Of a stretch of DNA of 64,000 nt, positions 12,726-26,300 are shown one piece after another. The translations under genes and the position numbers were made by a program. Numbering within the stretch: position 1 is the stretch's first letter; each line of letters begins with the position of its first letter. The notes beneath the pieces were generated by a model. The model did no database searches, was not told the DNA's origin, and worked only from the letters and a program-made list of their open reading frames with translations. The stretch lies in assembly GCF_006345805.1 (NCBI RefSeq), contig NC_042997.1, positions 148,366,001 to 148,430,000 on the forward strand, read 5' to 3'. The stretch comes from Octopus sinensis. Taxonomy: Eukaryota.

Positions 12726-13912
12726 TACAGGAATTGTAAGAACTTTGTTTTAAGGTGTTATAATCCATAGTGTTCCATCCTGTATAAGTAAATAAAGTCA
12801 CTCTCAGGAGAAATTTCTGCCGTCTGCGGTTTACATCGAGTTTCCATTATACTGGGGGAAATAGCGATGATAGCATGTTATGTGTTGAATTTAATTGTAT
12901 GGTCTATGTTACAGGGTCAGATGTTAGAGGCGAACCGCTATTTAAGATATATAGCATTAAATGAAACCTGTTAGGGAAAATTTAATACATAAGTATATCA
13001 ATGAAAGAAAAATTGGGTAAAACCTTTGTGCGATGTTATTATTTGTTACTTATTGACCGAAACCTAATTCCAATACCCCTATGTGTGGCGGGGTGAGGCC
13101 AAAGTCAATCCTACAACCTGATTGGTCAACTAATATTTAGAAACAATGGTGTTGCTGAAGTCCGTTAAGAGTATCAATTTACAAGGTAAATAAAACAACA
13201 GAATAACTATAAAAATATAAATAAATATAAATATAAGAATATATTGGATATTTAATATCTCTTAGATGGTTTCTTAAACAATAAATTATATATATATATA
13301 CGTTATCTTTCATATATATATATACGTACATATATACGTTATCTTTTTACGTTTTCTTCCTCTACCTTCTCCTTTTATCTTCTTGACTATCTTTATACAC
13401 TATATTCTTAGACACTATATTTTATTTTACCATTATCCTTAACCCCAATCCTTAACATCGCACTAAATTCCATCTACCTCTCTCCCTATTTATTTACTTT
13501 TCATTCTTTAAACTAATTAATAGTCACATCCGATACCATTGTTATTAAAAGTTGATATGTTCGCGTCTTTTTCCTGGATGTTCACAATGTCAGTATTTTA
13601 ACCCACATGGATTTACGCAGGATTGCAACTAAGGTCTTATGGACTCATTTCTACAAGATCGGAAAGTTGATCTGTGAACTCTTATGCTTCTTCCTTCTTT
13701 TTCTTCATCTCCTTATTCCTCCACTTCTAGCCTCTATATCGACATTTCATTAGTCTATACAATTCTCATTTTCCCTATTTGTCTCCGATGACGGAATACC
13801 CCATTCTCTGGGATATCCCAGAAACAGCTGTAAGTCTTTGGCTTTTTTCCAATAATAATAATATATATGTCTCGAGTTGTCTGTCTTGCCTTAACGCTTG
13901 TTGTATATATAT

Positions 13913-14415
13913 ACTAGCAGTATCGCCCGGCGTTGCTCGGGTTTGTAAGGGAAATAACTATATAAGCATTTTTAGAGAGTTACTTCCCTTATAGATGCCA
14001 ATTCGGGCTTTCTTAGCCATTTCTGTCTTGGTGACTTCAAGCCATGAAGTCGTTGTTCTAAAAGAACGCTGGTCTCCTTGACAACGATTTACGACGTTGA
14101 ATTCCTTACACTCCCTTCCTCACAGCTTCACGAGGGAGGGAAGAAAGGGGAGAAGCAAACACAGGTGCAGGTGTTTGAGCGTGGACGCCAACTCCGCCGC
14201 CATCGACACACGAAAAATTATGCATTAAAATGGAATAAAAAATGATGTTAAATTATTTTTAAAATCGTAGACTCATCGTAGACGCACGCTACTAGCCAGA
14301 CGGGCTCGATATTAATCACGACTATAAGATACCCGAATTTGGTTAAACTGCACCGCAAAATGTAGGAGGAGTTAGGAATCTAAATCGAAGGGGACAGACA
14401 CTCACACAACTACAG

Positions 14416-14417
<2 letters not shown>
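13913..14417 (+). mobile_element. Non-autonomous rolling-circle (Helitron/Helentron HINE, Lep1/DINE-like) element
   Basis: Starts ACTAG followed by hairpin CCCGGCGTTGCTCGGG; distal GGTTAAACTGCACCGCAAAATGTAGGAGGAGTTAGG..GACAGACAC motif; ends in a (TA)n tract. Confidence 0.7.
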
Positions 14418-14498
<81 letters not shown>

Positions 14499-14884
14499 AA
14501 TAATTATATATATATATAGAGAGAGAAATAGTTTTATATATAAATACGTGTGTATGTGTGTGTATAATTATCTCAGCATTGGATGTGTATGTAGTAGCTC
14601 TCACGTTCATTGCGTATGAATACATGACGTCATCCACGGTTTCTCGTATATTTAATCACCCGTTACTATCATTTTACAGCATAACCGGAGTCAAATGACT
14701 GAACCAATTAAAGGAATATATATATATGGTATTTGTAAACAAACGCTTGGATTTGGAGCTTCGATTCTGACTGTGGTAAGCTCATCATTTTTCAGTCATT
14801 TGTTCGTGTTTATAAATTGTCACTTCAAATCAGAGAATAAAATATTATGATATATTATTATACAGTTATATATTTATAAATATG

Positions 14885-15038
14885 ACGAGCTTCTTTCAGT
14901 TTCCGTCTACCAAATCCACTGCCAAGGCTTTGGTCGGCCCGAGTTCAAGACACCTGCCGAAGCTGTTACGGAGTAGGACTGAACCTGGAACTCAGTGGCT
15001 TGGAAGCAAACGTCTCATTACTTACTCATACCTGCGCC
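14885..15038 (-). mobile_element. Family A SINE, 5' half
   Basis: GACGAGCTTCTTTCAGTTTCCGTCTACCAAATCCAC..GGACTGAACCTGGAAC..CCTGCGCC is the reverse of the head. Confidence 0.8.
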
Positions 15039-15147
15039 TTATAAGAGAGTGGATGTCGACACGATTGGTAAAATTGAGTAATATCAGGCTCTAAGCCCCA
15101 TATTGTTGTTTGGATAATGAATAAACAAAATGGAGAAATTATTATAA

Positions 15148-15264
15148 TTTAAAGTAATGGCTATCTGCCAACATAATGTGGATGGGACGATGCTACTGTT
15201 ATTTTAGTAACATCGCCCCTTTCGGGACAGCAACGTTATGTTGGCAAATAGCTTTTACTTTAAA
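15148..15264. repeat. 117-nt imperfect hairpin (tiny MITE-like element) bounded by TTTAAA on both sides
   Basis: Outer arms AAAGTAATGGCTATCTGCCAACATAATGT / ACGTTATGTTGGCAAATAGCTTTTACTTT (25/29); inner stem GGGACGATGCTACT / AGTAACATCGCCCC. Confidence 0.75.
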
Positions 15265-15411
15265 GAACTGTTACTAAATGTCTCACTTTGGGAGATTTAG
15301 AAATAATAATATTTCTGTACTAGAATCGAAATATGTGGAAATACGAAAACATATCTGAAGATACACAAAATGGATAAAAATCCAAAAATAATATTGAAGT
15401 GAATATGATTT

Positions 15412-15830
15412 AAACATATGGATTCAGTCTCACTGCGTAACACCTTGGATAAGTGTCTTCTACTACAGCATCGGGCCGAACAAAGCTTTGTGAGTTGTTG
15501 ATTCGATAGACGGAAAGGAAACTGAAAGAAGCCCGTCGTACATACACACACACACATACTTCAACACACACACATATGTATGTATATATGTATGTATATA
15601 TATGTGTGCGTGTGTCGCTTTGCTTCTGTGCTTGTCACCCACCTAGGATTGAGAACCTGTGTTGGTGTGTTTACATCACCGTACCTTAGCGGTTCGGTAA
15701 CGAGACCAATAGAATATGTACTAAGCTTTAAAAGTAGATCTTAGTGTCAGTTTGTTCGACAAGAACCCTTGAAGCCGATGTCCCAGCACGGCTACAGTTA
15801 AGTGACTGAAGCAAGTAAAAATAAAAGATA
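15412..15830 (+). mobile_element. Family A SINE, decayed, 5'-truncated
   Basis: TTCAGTCTCACTGCGTAACACCTTGGATAAGTGTCTTCTACTA..GAAACTGAAAGAAGCCCGTCG..GACTGAAGCAAGTAAAAATAAAAGA. Confidence 0.8.
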
Positions 15831-17475
15831 TAAACAAAAATACATAATAAAAAGGCAGGATTTAGAGATATGTATAATACTCTGAAAATAAGTTTTCTAG
15901 GCACTGCAAGCGTGCTGCAAAAAAATTATATGACTAACTCAGAACGACAAAACCGATACAAACAATATCTAAACTCTGTTTTGGCAAACAACAATATTAT
16001 GACTACGGGTTAAATAAAATTTATTGTTCTTAATGTTTAAATCCCCCTCAGTATTTAAATGGTATTTTATTCTATGGTATTTATGGCATTTTAAATGGTA
16101 TTTTATTTTACCGACACCACTGATATGAAAGGGAAAATTGACATCGATCTGATTTCAATTTAAGAGATAAATAATAGGTAGAAATGACGTAAATTTTTTC
16201 CTCCGACACTGTAGCGATAAAACCAGATCGCCGCCCCGATAATAATAATTATAACGTCTGATTTTGGCATGAGATTGGCAGCAAATGACTGTTTTATAGT
16301 TATCAAATTTTCCATATGAAATTTAAATCTCTTTTGGATCTCTCCTGCAATAATCTGTGCCTTTGAATTATTGTGTGCTTACACAAGCGAAGCTTGTGAA
16401 ATATTCATTACACTTTAACGATATAAAATATCTCCATACACTTTACGACGGATACTGTTTACTAGATAAATAAATAATCTGAATTATTGTATTATGATAT
16501 TTAATCATTTCCGAAAGCTTTCTGTGATATGATATGAAACGATATCAACAGCAAAATATCATTGTGTTGCTAAATATACATCAAAGTATTTTAATGAATC
16601 AATGATGCAAAATGTATTTTAAATTTGAAGCTGAGGACACCTTTTTCTTTTTTTCTTACTTAATTCGTCCAAAATCTAAATCCGATTCACATTTGCTTAA
16701 AGCATCATAATCGTGTGAGTTCGCAGAACTCGTAAACATAGCTGTGTAAACATGGGAGAGAAAAGAAAATAATCACCAACTATACAGATTGACACTAAAG
16801 TTAATACCAACGAAAGGTTAAGAGTTGTGCAAGCTAAATATTTAGCCAACGATTTTATAAGGCTTTCTGAAATAAACAGAAACATATATAGATAAACACA
16901 TATAGAAATTCTCTCTTTCATGCGCGCGCACGCACACACACATACACACACGCATACACGCACATGTGAATATATGCCATTCTTCTTTGTATACAAATAC
17001 ATTCCTACTTAAAGTATTGAGTACATTATAATAGCAATGTTTATTTACATAGTCGTAAATCAATACAGTCAAGCAGGACCATTTGTGAAGCAGATGGAGC
17101 GAAGAGTGATTATTTTAAATCTACATCGCATAAAAAGCGAGGGATTTTTGTTATTTTTATTATATTGGTGAAACATAGACACACACAAAAATACGCCGAC
17201 GCACACATCCATATACACTCAGGCGTTAATTATACACAGTGTCATACCAAAACACACACACACATATAGGTTTTGACAACAGATACGCATATATACAGCC
17301 TCTGAATACCGAACTTATTCATGTTACAATTTCAAAGCGGACAGCACCCGTTGTCCCTTTTGAAATGTAAAGCATATGGTAACCTATTCGGTTAATTTAA
17401 ATGCCACTTGATGTTATTTATAAATTATATGATAACTGGCCATGATAAAGTGGCCTAAGAGAAGATAACTTCACA

Positions 17476-17522
<47 letters not shown>

Positions 17523-18634
17523 CTAACCCCCCCACACACAGATAAAGGGATTTTTTAATACTTAGAGCAAAGAGTATTGCCTGAATAAAGTAATGGATAC
17601 ACATAGAGTGAAAAATCAAACATTACGTATTTTAAAATATATTAGTATTTATGCTTATTATGTTACAACATATGGTTTACTCTAATTTCTTATATTACAG
17701 GGCAAAATAAACATTATATATGCGTGTGTGTTTGTGTGTGAGTGTGTATGTATGTGAGTGTGTATGTGTGTGAGTGTGTATGTGTGTGTGTGTGTGGTCG
17801 TGCTTGTATGTAGACGCATATTTGTGTATGTGTATTTATGAATGTGCGATTGTGCGTGCGCATGTAAGTGTCTATGTATATGTGTATTTTACTGTTAAAT
17901 ACGTAGGAAGTCTTGAATATTATTTCACAGATTACACATACCAAAGTATTGGTGATATATTCTCAGTTGATTGTTTACATTCGATCATATTGATGTTTAT
18001 CTACAGTAATTTAGCTACTATACTCTATGTTATATCGTAGAGGGAAGTCTACGAATAGAAAATTGTCAGGTCGTTTTCTAGAATACCTTGTATAATTGGT
18101 CATGAATCTCTGTACTTTAACTTTAAATCCCACCGAAGTTAAGTTTTCGTTTCCATCGTTTCATAGTCGATAATTTAAAGGACTGGTGCCGTAGTGGAAT
18201 TCATTCGTCTTTCACCGAGAGCCACCGTCACATAAAACACATCCTAAATTTACCAGTGTATTTTTTGGGGAAAAAAAACATTTTAATAGGTTCCGTCATA
18301 TTCTCATGAACACGGTATCCGTTACGTAGTACGGTCACGTTAAACGCATGGCAATTTTTTGTTACACTAATTTCTGTAACGCGCGTATCTTCTAAGCTTA
18401 TGGAATACTCTGAGCCTGGCAGGTTGATTCTAGAAATAGCGACACATTTTATGTAATAATTAAATGCTAATTATGGAGATCGACTCTGACAACTGGTCAT
18501 ATTTATGGCTCCCCGGCTTCAGCTGCATTTGAATATCCAGTTGGAGATGTATAAAAAGCGAGACATTCGGGTTCGTAAGATTATAGTAAAGAATACGCAG
18601 CACACACACGTTTTTACATCTGTCATAGACCCAG

Positions 18635-18741
<107 letters not shown>

Positions 18742-20334
18742 CTGTGACACATTATATTATTCGTTATCTTACCTCAGGTCTAACCCAAAGTAATCAGTTA
18801 AATTTTTGTTATAATAAATTGACGTGAAACATGCGAAATTTTGTTATTTTAAACTGTTACTAATAACTTAAGAAACAGTTATATGAGTTATATTGATGCA
18901 AATGCGACTTGCAAAGCCATACTCGAAGCAACTAGAAATAATTGCCAAAATCTATTCGAAAATCAACGATAAAATTCCTTTGGAAAATGGTATTCTCGAG
19001 ACTGGAGTAACTTTAGTCTCTTTAAACTTTGTTCATTAGCATCATTCCTACATAACTATATTTGAAATTAATTCCTTAGACGGCGATAGACTTATGTATA
19101 CTTGTATAATTTCTATGAATCTCGTTGTAGTTGGACTAGCTATAAGGTAAATTCCTGTATAACACAGAACATATCTAGTTGCAATTGTATACAACAAAAC
19201 AAAAAGATCCAACATGAAAAGTAATAACCAATAATATTTGTATGCCATTTATAATGATATTTATTGGTTTATTTGTTCCAGGTGGATACGTGTATTAATG
19301 AAAGATATAGTCTTTATAAATAAAAAAATATATTAGGATCCTTTACATATATCGAAAGTTGAAGAACAAAGACATCTCAGGTGGAATCTGAAATCGCTGT
19401 CTATAGAAACCTGAGAAAACAAGGTTTATGCAATTTTACAGATTGAAGCAATGAATACTAGTTGTTGGGATTTTGCTTAGTGCACTTCTGACAGGTATTA
19501 TACATACTGTCGTATACATTATGGATTTTAACATATAGATAAGGATACATATTTTGGAGAGGTGTGAAGTTACCTTATCATTTCCATTAATTTCTTGCCA
19601 ATGATGAACAGCTAATTCGATTTCGGTAGAATTGAATTCATTACATAAACAGAGAAGGAAATATTGCTACGAATTTATTTAAGAATTAACAGCAGAGACG
19701 CAGGGCGAGACATAGAGAGAGGGGCACCGGCGAGTATTTCGACCTAAGTATATTACAGTACGTTCATTATTACACGTCTAAGTGCGAAAGACAAACTCGA
19801 TCTCTACTGGATTTGAACTCAGCATATCCAAAAATGCAAATAAATAAGGCAAGACTGTATATTTGTCATTCTACTGATTTTACCCAGCAACAAACATATT
19901 CAGATATATGATAATGTCAACGATACAGAAGTAATTTATACGGCGCCTAACATCCGTTCAATGTTTGGGTTGTGTATTTTGGGAACAATTATAGCTGAAA
20001 GCTAAGAACTACTTCATGAGTATTATATACTAAATGAATGTAAAAATACTGGAGTCAAGAAGATGAGGAGCAGTAATGAATATTTGTATTATGAGGATTA
20101 GTAGGAAATCAGCGGTGACATTAATGAAGTGTATAAAGAAATCATTATTTAAGAAATTATGCAGATCTATTGACGAAAAGAGAGAAACACTTTGCTATAT
20201 ATGTGTGTGTGTGTGTATTTATAGCACGTATTCGCATATGTAGAGTGTGTGCGTGTGTGTGTGTGTGTGAGTAATGAATGCATGCATGCATGCGTGTATG
20301 TATGTATGCGTGTATGTATGTATGTATGTATGTA

Positions 20335-20410
<76 letters not shown>

Positions 20411-20440
20411 TTGAGTTGTGGGGTATCGCACGAGTGGGAT

Positions 20441-20672
20441 TATATAAGAAAAAAGGTTTGAAAATGCAATGTAAACGATGTTTATTTACTTAACCGGTTT
20501 CACTCTTTGGTAAAAGATTGTCAAAAGTAACATTGAATAATATGGGTTCAAAAAAGTTTTTTTACATAATTGTCACATTGAATATGTGTGTGTGTGTGCA
20601 CTGTGTGTGTGTGTGTGTATGTGTGTGTGTGTGTGACATTATATACGTGTGTATGTATTTACATATGTATTT

Positions 20673-20735
<63 letters not shown>

Positions 20736-21365
20736 AGTGTTCTGTGTGTATATGCATGGTATGTGTGTATATGTGAGTACATTGTTTGTGTGTGTGTGCG
20801 GTATGTAGAGATATATTTGAGTGTGTACGCTATAGGTTTGTAATTTGTGTGTGTGGGTGTGTGTGTGAATTTTTTTATATATACATGTGTGTGTATGTGT
20901 GTGAAAAAATATATGTATGTGCATGTATGTATGTATGTATATGTATATATATATATATATATATGTGTATGTATATGTGTGTGTGTATATTTATTTGCAT
21001 GTTTATGCGTGTATAAACATGTGCATTATTTGCATGCGCATTGTGTATATGTATATTGTATGTATGTGTATTGTATATGTATGTGTACAATTAAGTGTAT
21101 ATATGTGTGTGTATGTGTGCATTGTATATATGTATATTGTAGGTGTGCCATATGTGCATGAATACATGTATATGCATTGCGTGTATATATATGTATGCAT
21201 TGTGTATGTATGTTATGTGTGTGTGTGTTTATATATATTATATGTATGCGTACGTGTATGTGTATGCATTGTATGTATGTATATTGTGTGTATATGTGGT
21301 ATATCTATGTATGTGTATGTAAACACTATTTATATGTATACATGTATATATGTATATGCATTGTC

Positions 21366-21396
<31 letters not shown>

Positions 21397-21531
21397 TGTA
21401 TTGCGTACGTATATTGCATGCATATATTGTGTATGTGCATTATATACATGCTGTATTTGTATATTGTATGTGTATATATATGCTAGGTGTATTTGTGTGA
21501 TATTTATATTATGTATGGATGTGTGCGTGTG

Positions 21532-21562
<31 letters not shown>

Positions 21563-22378
21563 GTGTGTGTATGTGTGTTATATATATGTGTGTATATTAT
21601 ATATAAATACTTGTTATATTTGTGTGTTGTGTGTATATATTATATATGTGGGTGCGTTGTGTGTGTGTGTGTGTGTTCTGTGGGTGTGTGTGTGTTGTGT
21701 GTATGTGGTGTGTGTTTTTATACTATGTGTGTGTGTGTTGTTGTGTGTGTGTGTGTGTGTGTATATATGTGTGTGACAAACAGACGCTGCTTGACCAGCA
21801 CGCACGGACACATCTATTCACACCCACATACTAACCTCCTGATAACCCCAAAACCATTGATGCTTGAAGGGGAAGTATACACCACACTGGGTACAACCTT
21901 TTTTCTCTCAATTCAACCTTTCTGCCAAAACAAACAGGTCAGTAACAACATATTCTCGCCTTCAACTTAAAATATTCTGAGATGTATAAAAAATCCATTT
22001 TAATTTTTGCTGTCAAAAGATTGTATATATATACCAAAGACTGTATATATATACATGTAATGTGACAATTTGTGACAACCAATAATTAACGCAACCAAAT
22101 TTCCAATAATATATTTGTTTTATCCTTTTCTGCCAATTTTTCCAAATATACTCATCACACTATTGAACTTCTCTGTTACCAAACACTATATTTATACATG
22201 TAATGTGACAATTTTGTATAAAAAAACATTTTTGAATTCATAATATCCTATGTGACAATTATGTAAAAAAATTTTTTTAATGCATATTATTCAATGTTAC
22301 TTTTGACAATATTTTAGCAAAGAGTGAAACCGGTTAAGTAAATAAACATCGTTTAAATTGCATTTTCAAACCTTTTTT

Positions 22379-22386
<8 letters not shown>
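20441..22386. mobile_element. MITE-like element with about 136-bp TIRs in TA context, carrying a long low-complexity interior
   Basis: 20441-20578 is the reverse complement of 22251-22386 (AAGAAAAAAGGTTTGAAAATGCAAT..AACCGGTTTCACTCTTT..TTGTCACA); repeated subterminal TGTGACAATT motifs at about 22061, 22071, 22202 and 22251. Confidence 0.8.
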
Positions 22387-22443
<57 letters not shown>

Positions 22444-23833
22444 CATTTATACGAAGAACATCGCTTCATAAGTAATGATAAAGAAACGAAAAATTTTAAG
22501 CTGGTTTACAATTAGGATTTGCAATGGTTAAAACAATTATTTGTATTGTTTTTTTCATAGCACATAAAATAAAATAGATGTTGATATTTTAAATGAAATT
22601 CGCAGTGATGTCCACTTTTGGCAAGTGTTTACGTCGTATCTTTATAAATTTCCGAAGGCTTTATGACGTTAGAATCGTTAGGTGCATGACCTACATTGAC
22701 GGCCCGGCCCACATTCAAGATTTATAATCAAGTATATTCTAGGTTTTAACAATTCAACTACATTTCAATATATATGGTTGACATACTGGAACCTAATCCA
22801 ACATCCAGCATTCCACAGCCATCCAAACACGTTGAAAATCTTTAGCGGAATTCCCTCCTTTCCAGCGTCGACATCCGGTTTCCAGTTTGAGAATAACTTG
22901 ATATATTGATGCTCAGTAACCTTTGGTATTGTTCAGTGTTTCTGCCAATCCCAGAGAGTCAATACTCGTACCTCAGTGCAGCACAATATAAGGACATTGT
23001 CGAATGTCGTAGGAATTTGCTTCGTAATTATGATATTCAGAGTCAAGCCATTGCGGTTCAGACTCTATTTTCACATCTAAAACCGACCGCTACCCAATGA
23101 ACAAAAATACGAAGGTTTGAAGCAAACTTAAAAATGGAGAGGGCATGTTACGTATAGAAACGAAAGTTGAATGCTTGAGTTATACCATATACCTACATCG
23201 GAGCTTGTAATAAGGTGATATTAAAGTATTCAACTATGAGTGCATAGCATATTGTGGCAGAAACGGCTACAAGCTAATGAAGTTTATCAGCGTAATTGTT
23301 TATTTCTTTGTCAATCTAATTCCTAAGCAAGCTTCTTATCACACTGCCATGTATGTATTAGTGCATGTGTGTGTATATATGGATGTATGTATATATGCTT
23401 TATACGCGCGCACCCACACACAGACATATTATTCTAATGCTACTTCATAATAATCCTTATTGTTGTTGTTGTTGTTGTTATTATTATTATTATTATTATT
23501 ATTGTTATTATTATTATGATTAATATGTTCATTATTATTATTACACGCGCGCACACACACATGCGTATACATATATACACATTGCATTGATAAAAAAATA
23601 CACGTAGGACGATTGTATTAGGAAAACGACTAGCCGTGTTGTACATTTGTCTGTGAAACTTTGCTGGAGAAAAAAAGGCTTAATAAGTTTGCCTGTATAT
23701 TATCTGTTCACAGTATGAAACTAATAATAGCACGAATTTAAATAATATCTATATTAAATTACATCTATTTCTCATTGACTGGGTGAAGTACTTTTTTGTT
23801 GCTGATTTTACCAATTACGGAACTGTAAATTTA

Positions 23834-23878
<45 letters not shown>

Positions 23879-23925
23879 ACACATAACTATAAATGCATAT
23901 ACACATATGTATACACACACACATG

Positions 23926-23968
<43 letters not shown>

Positions 23969-24439
23969 AATAGTCACTACTCTTCTGTCCTGATATCCTT
24001 TCTTTTGTGTAATGCATGCGCAAATGTCAATAGCAACAGGGTAGTTATTCACATCAATATCTACTTAACCGTCTTTAACTCTTTTTATCGAGAAACATTC
24101 CACAAAGCAGACAGAATGATGTACCATACTTCTTCACTCTTACAAACATACACGCGACAACATAGGAGACCATTACTGTCCTACACAGTTAGATGCGCAC
24201 ACATACAAACTTACATTTGTTCATTCAATATATTGACAGAAAAAGACAAGATAATCATGACGAATGACTCTGATCATAATTCTTCCCAGTAAATATTTCC
24301 CCGAGGAATCATCGTCACTAGGAACTGCAACAACAACGAAAATAATAGAAAATTTCATATACATATCTACATTTCTGTTCATGTCAGTCTATCTATCTGT
24401 CTGCTTGTCTGGCTACCCATCTGTCCATGTATGTATGTA

Positions 24440-24850
24440 TGTCATTATTCAGTTTATTTCAAGATTTCTTGTCAATAGAGAAAGAACCAGTTTCTAGCCT
24501 AGATCAAAATCAACAACAGGGTATGTATGTATGTATGTATGTATGTATGTATGTATGTATGTATGTATGTATGTATGTATGTATGTATGTATGTATGTTT
24601 TATGTATGTATTCTCATGCATAGTGTTACATATCTAGACATGCTTATTATATTTAAATGATAAACTTCTGGAAAGTTTTACTGATTTGTATTGTACTATG
24701 ATTTGATCAGTAGCCTTCGAATTAGCTTTCTCCTTTCTGATTTTGAGAAGCCTAATTTTTCAAGACTGGTGTGTAGGCAGTGTATAACATATCCCAGGGC
24801 TCCAATAATTGCAGGTATAAACCCGAACTTGTAATCTGGATAGAGTAACT
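24440..24850 (-). mobile_element. R4/Dong-like (RLE-bearing) LINE 3' end
   Basis: Minus translation LYPDYKFGFIPAIIGALGYV..LEKLGFSKSERRKLIRR is the typical post-RLE C-terminus; the 3' UTR contains (CATA)n and the element ends in (CATA)n. Confidence 0.75.
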
Positions 24851-25339
24851 GTACGTATGTATGTGTGTATGTGTTTTATGTAAACATAGTATTTAAATAA
24901 TAATGATGACGAGCGGGAGTGATATGATATATTTTCCTTGTCAGTGACTTTCTGTATATAAATATATGCCTTGTTTCATTGGAAATACTTCACATCTTTT
25001 GTATGCATATATTGTGTACGTATCGTCATGCTGCAAACAGATTCACATACAATACACACTGATAATGCAGTCACACTCATTATCCAACCGCAAAATGTTA
25101 TAGTTGTAAGAGTAATTGCAAGCGTTGAAATTTAGATGTATGTATGTATGCATGCATGCATGCATGCATGCATGTATGTATGTATGTACGCATGCATGCA
25201 TATATGTATGTATGTATGCATGCATGTATGTATGTATGTATGTATGCATGCATGCATGTATGTATGTATGTATGTATGTACGCATACATGCATGTATGTA
25301 TGTATGTATGTAAGTTTGTATGTATGTACGTATGTTCTC

Positions 25340-26300
25340 TTTCTCTTATCAATTTAGAATATAATTAGACCGGTTACCTGCTCTCTCCCAAGGTTCTGAA
25401 GGAAAGCATTTTGTTACGTGCATCTTCCTTTCATTCTTAAGAAGGTCGTGTAGACGATTATAGTCTCATATACTGTAATAATTCGTAGTATATGAAGTGA
25501 GGATTTGCCTTATCACTTCGAGAACCCGAGTTCAGCCATACGTTGCTGTAGACGGGTTGGTATGTACCACTTTGGCCAAAAATAGTAAGCGTAATTCTGA
25601 AAGTGTATCTTGGGTAATGAATTTCCAAACTCTTTAACAAAAGTCCATAGATGACCACTTTCTCTTGTATTTTTCTTATCACATCGTTATCCCAAAGCAG
25701 CCAATTCCACAACAGAATAACTCTTCTTTTCCTTGTGATCCCACGCAGCAAAATCAGACCGGTTGCATTTTAACTTGGTGGCTAACATCCGTCGATATTC
25801 TTTTGAGTCATAGGTCTCAGTATAGTAAACTTGGTGCGTAGATGTCTTCTGTTTTGTTATACTGTTCCTGGCTGTTCTGCCCACCTCTTCATGCCACAGT
25901 TGAAGATATGGGAGACATCTTGGACAATATAGTCTCTCTTTAATTTGTTGCAGATGTCTCATTGTCACAATACCTGCCTTATATGACATCAATGCATATT
26001 TGAGATAATGACCACCATCCTTGCGTGGGTAGTTATTAATGAAATTTCCTGTAACCCTGAGTAGCTTCCGAATTTGAACATCTAACTCACAGACGTCTTG
26101 TAGAAACCAGTATATAATATCAACGCAGGTGCGAAAACAGACACTGCAAAAATTTGTGGGCAATATGCTTCTGGTAAGCTGAGAGCCATATCCTCTTTTG
26201 TCTCCTAAGTTATTCATCCCTGTTCCTGGTTTTCTCCCTATTTATGGGTCCATCATATCTGTCATTTTCTTCTTCTCCAAGATACCTATTATTGTTACCT
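25340..26300 (-). mobile_element. R4/Dong-like LINE fragment (RT C-terminus plus restriction-like endonuclease), decayed
   Basis: ORFs 25687-26217 (ELDVQIRKLLRVTGNF..YPRKDGG; NRSDFAAWDHKEKK..VVE, an NRPD-type RLE motif) and 25458-25751 (IQEKVVIYGLL..HYPRYTF..IFGQSG). Confidence 0.75.
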
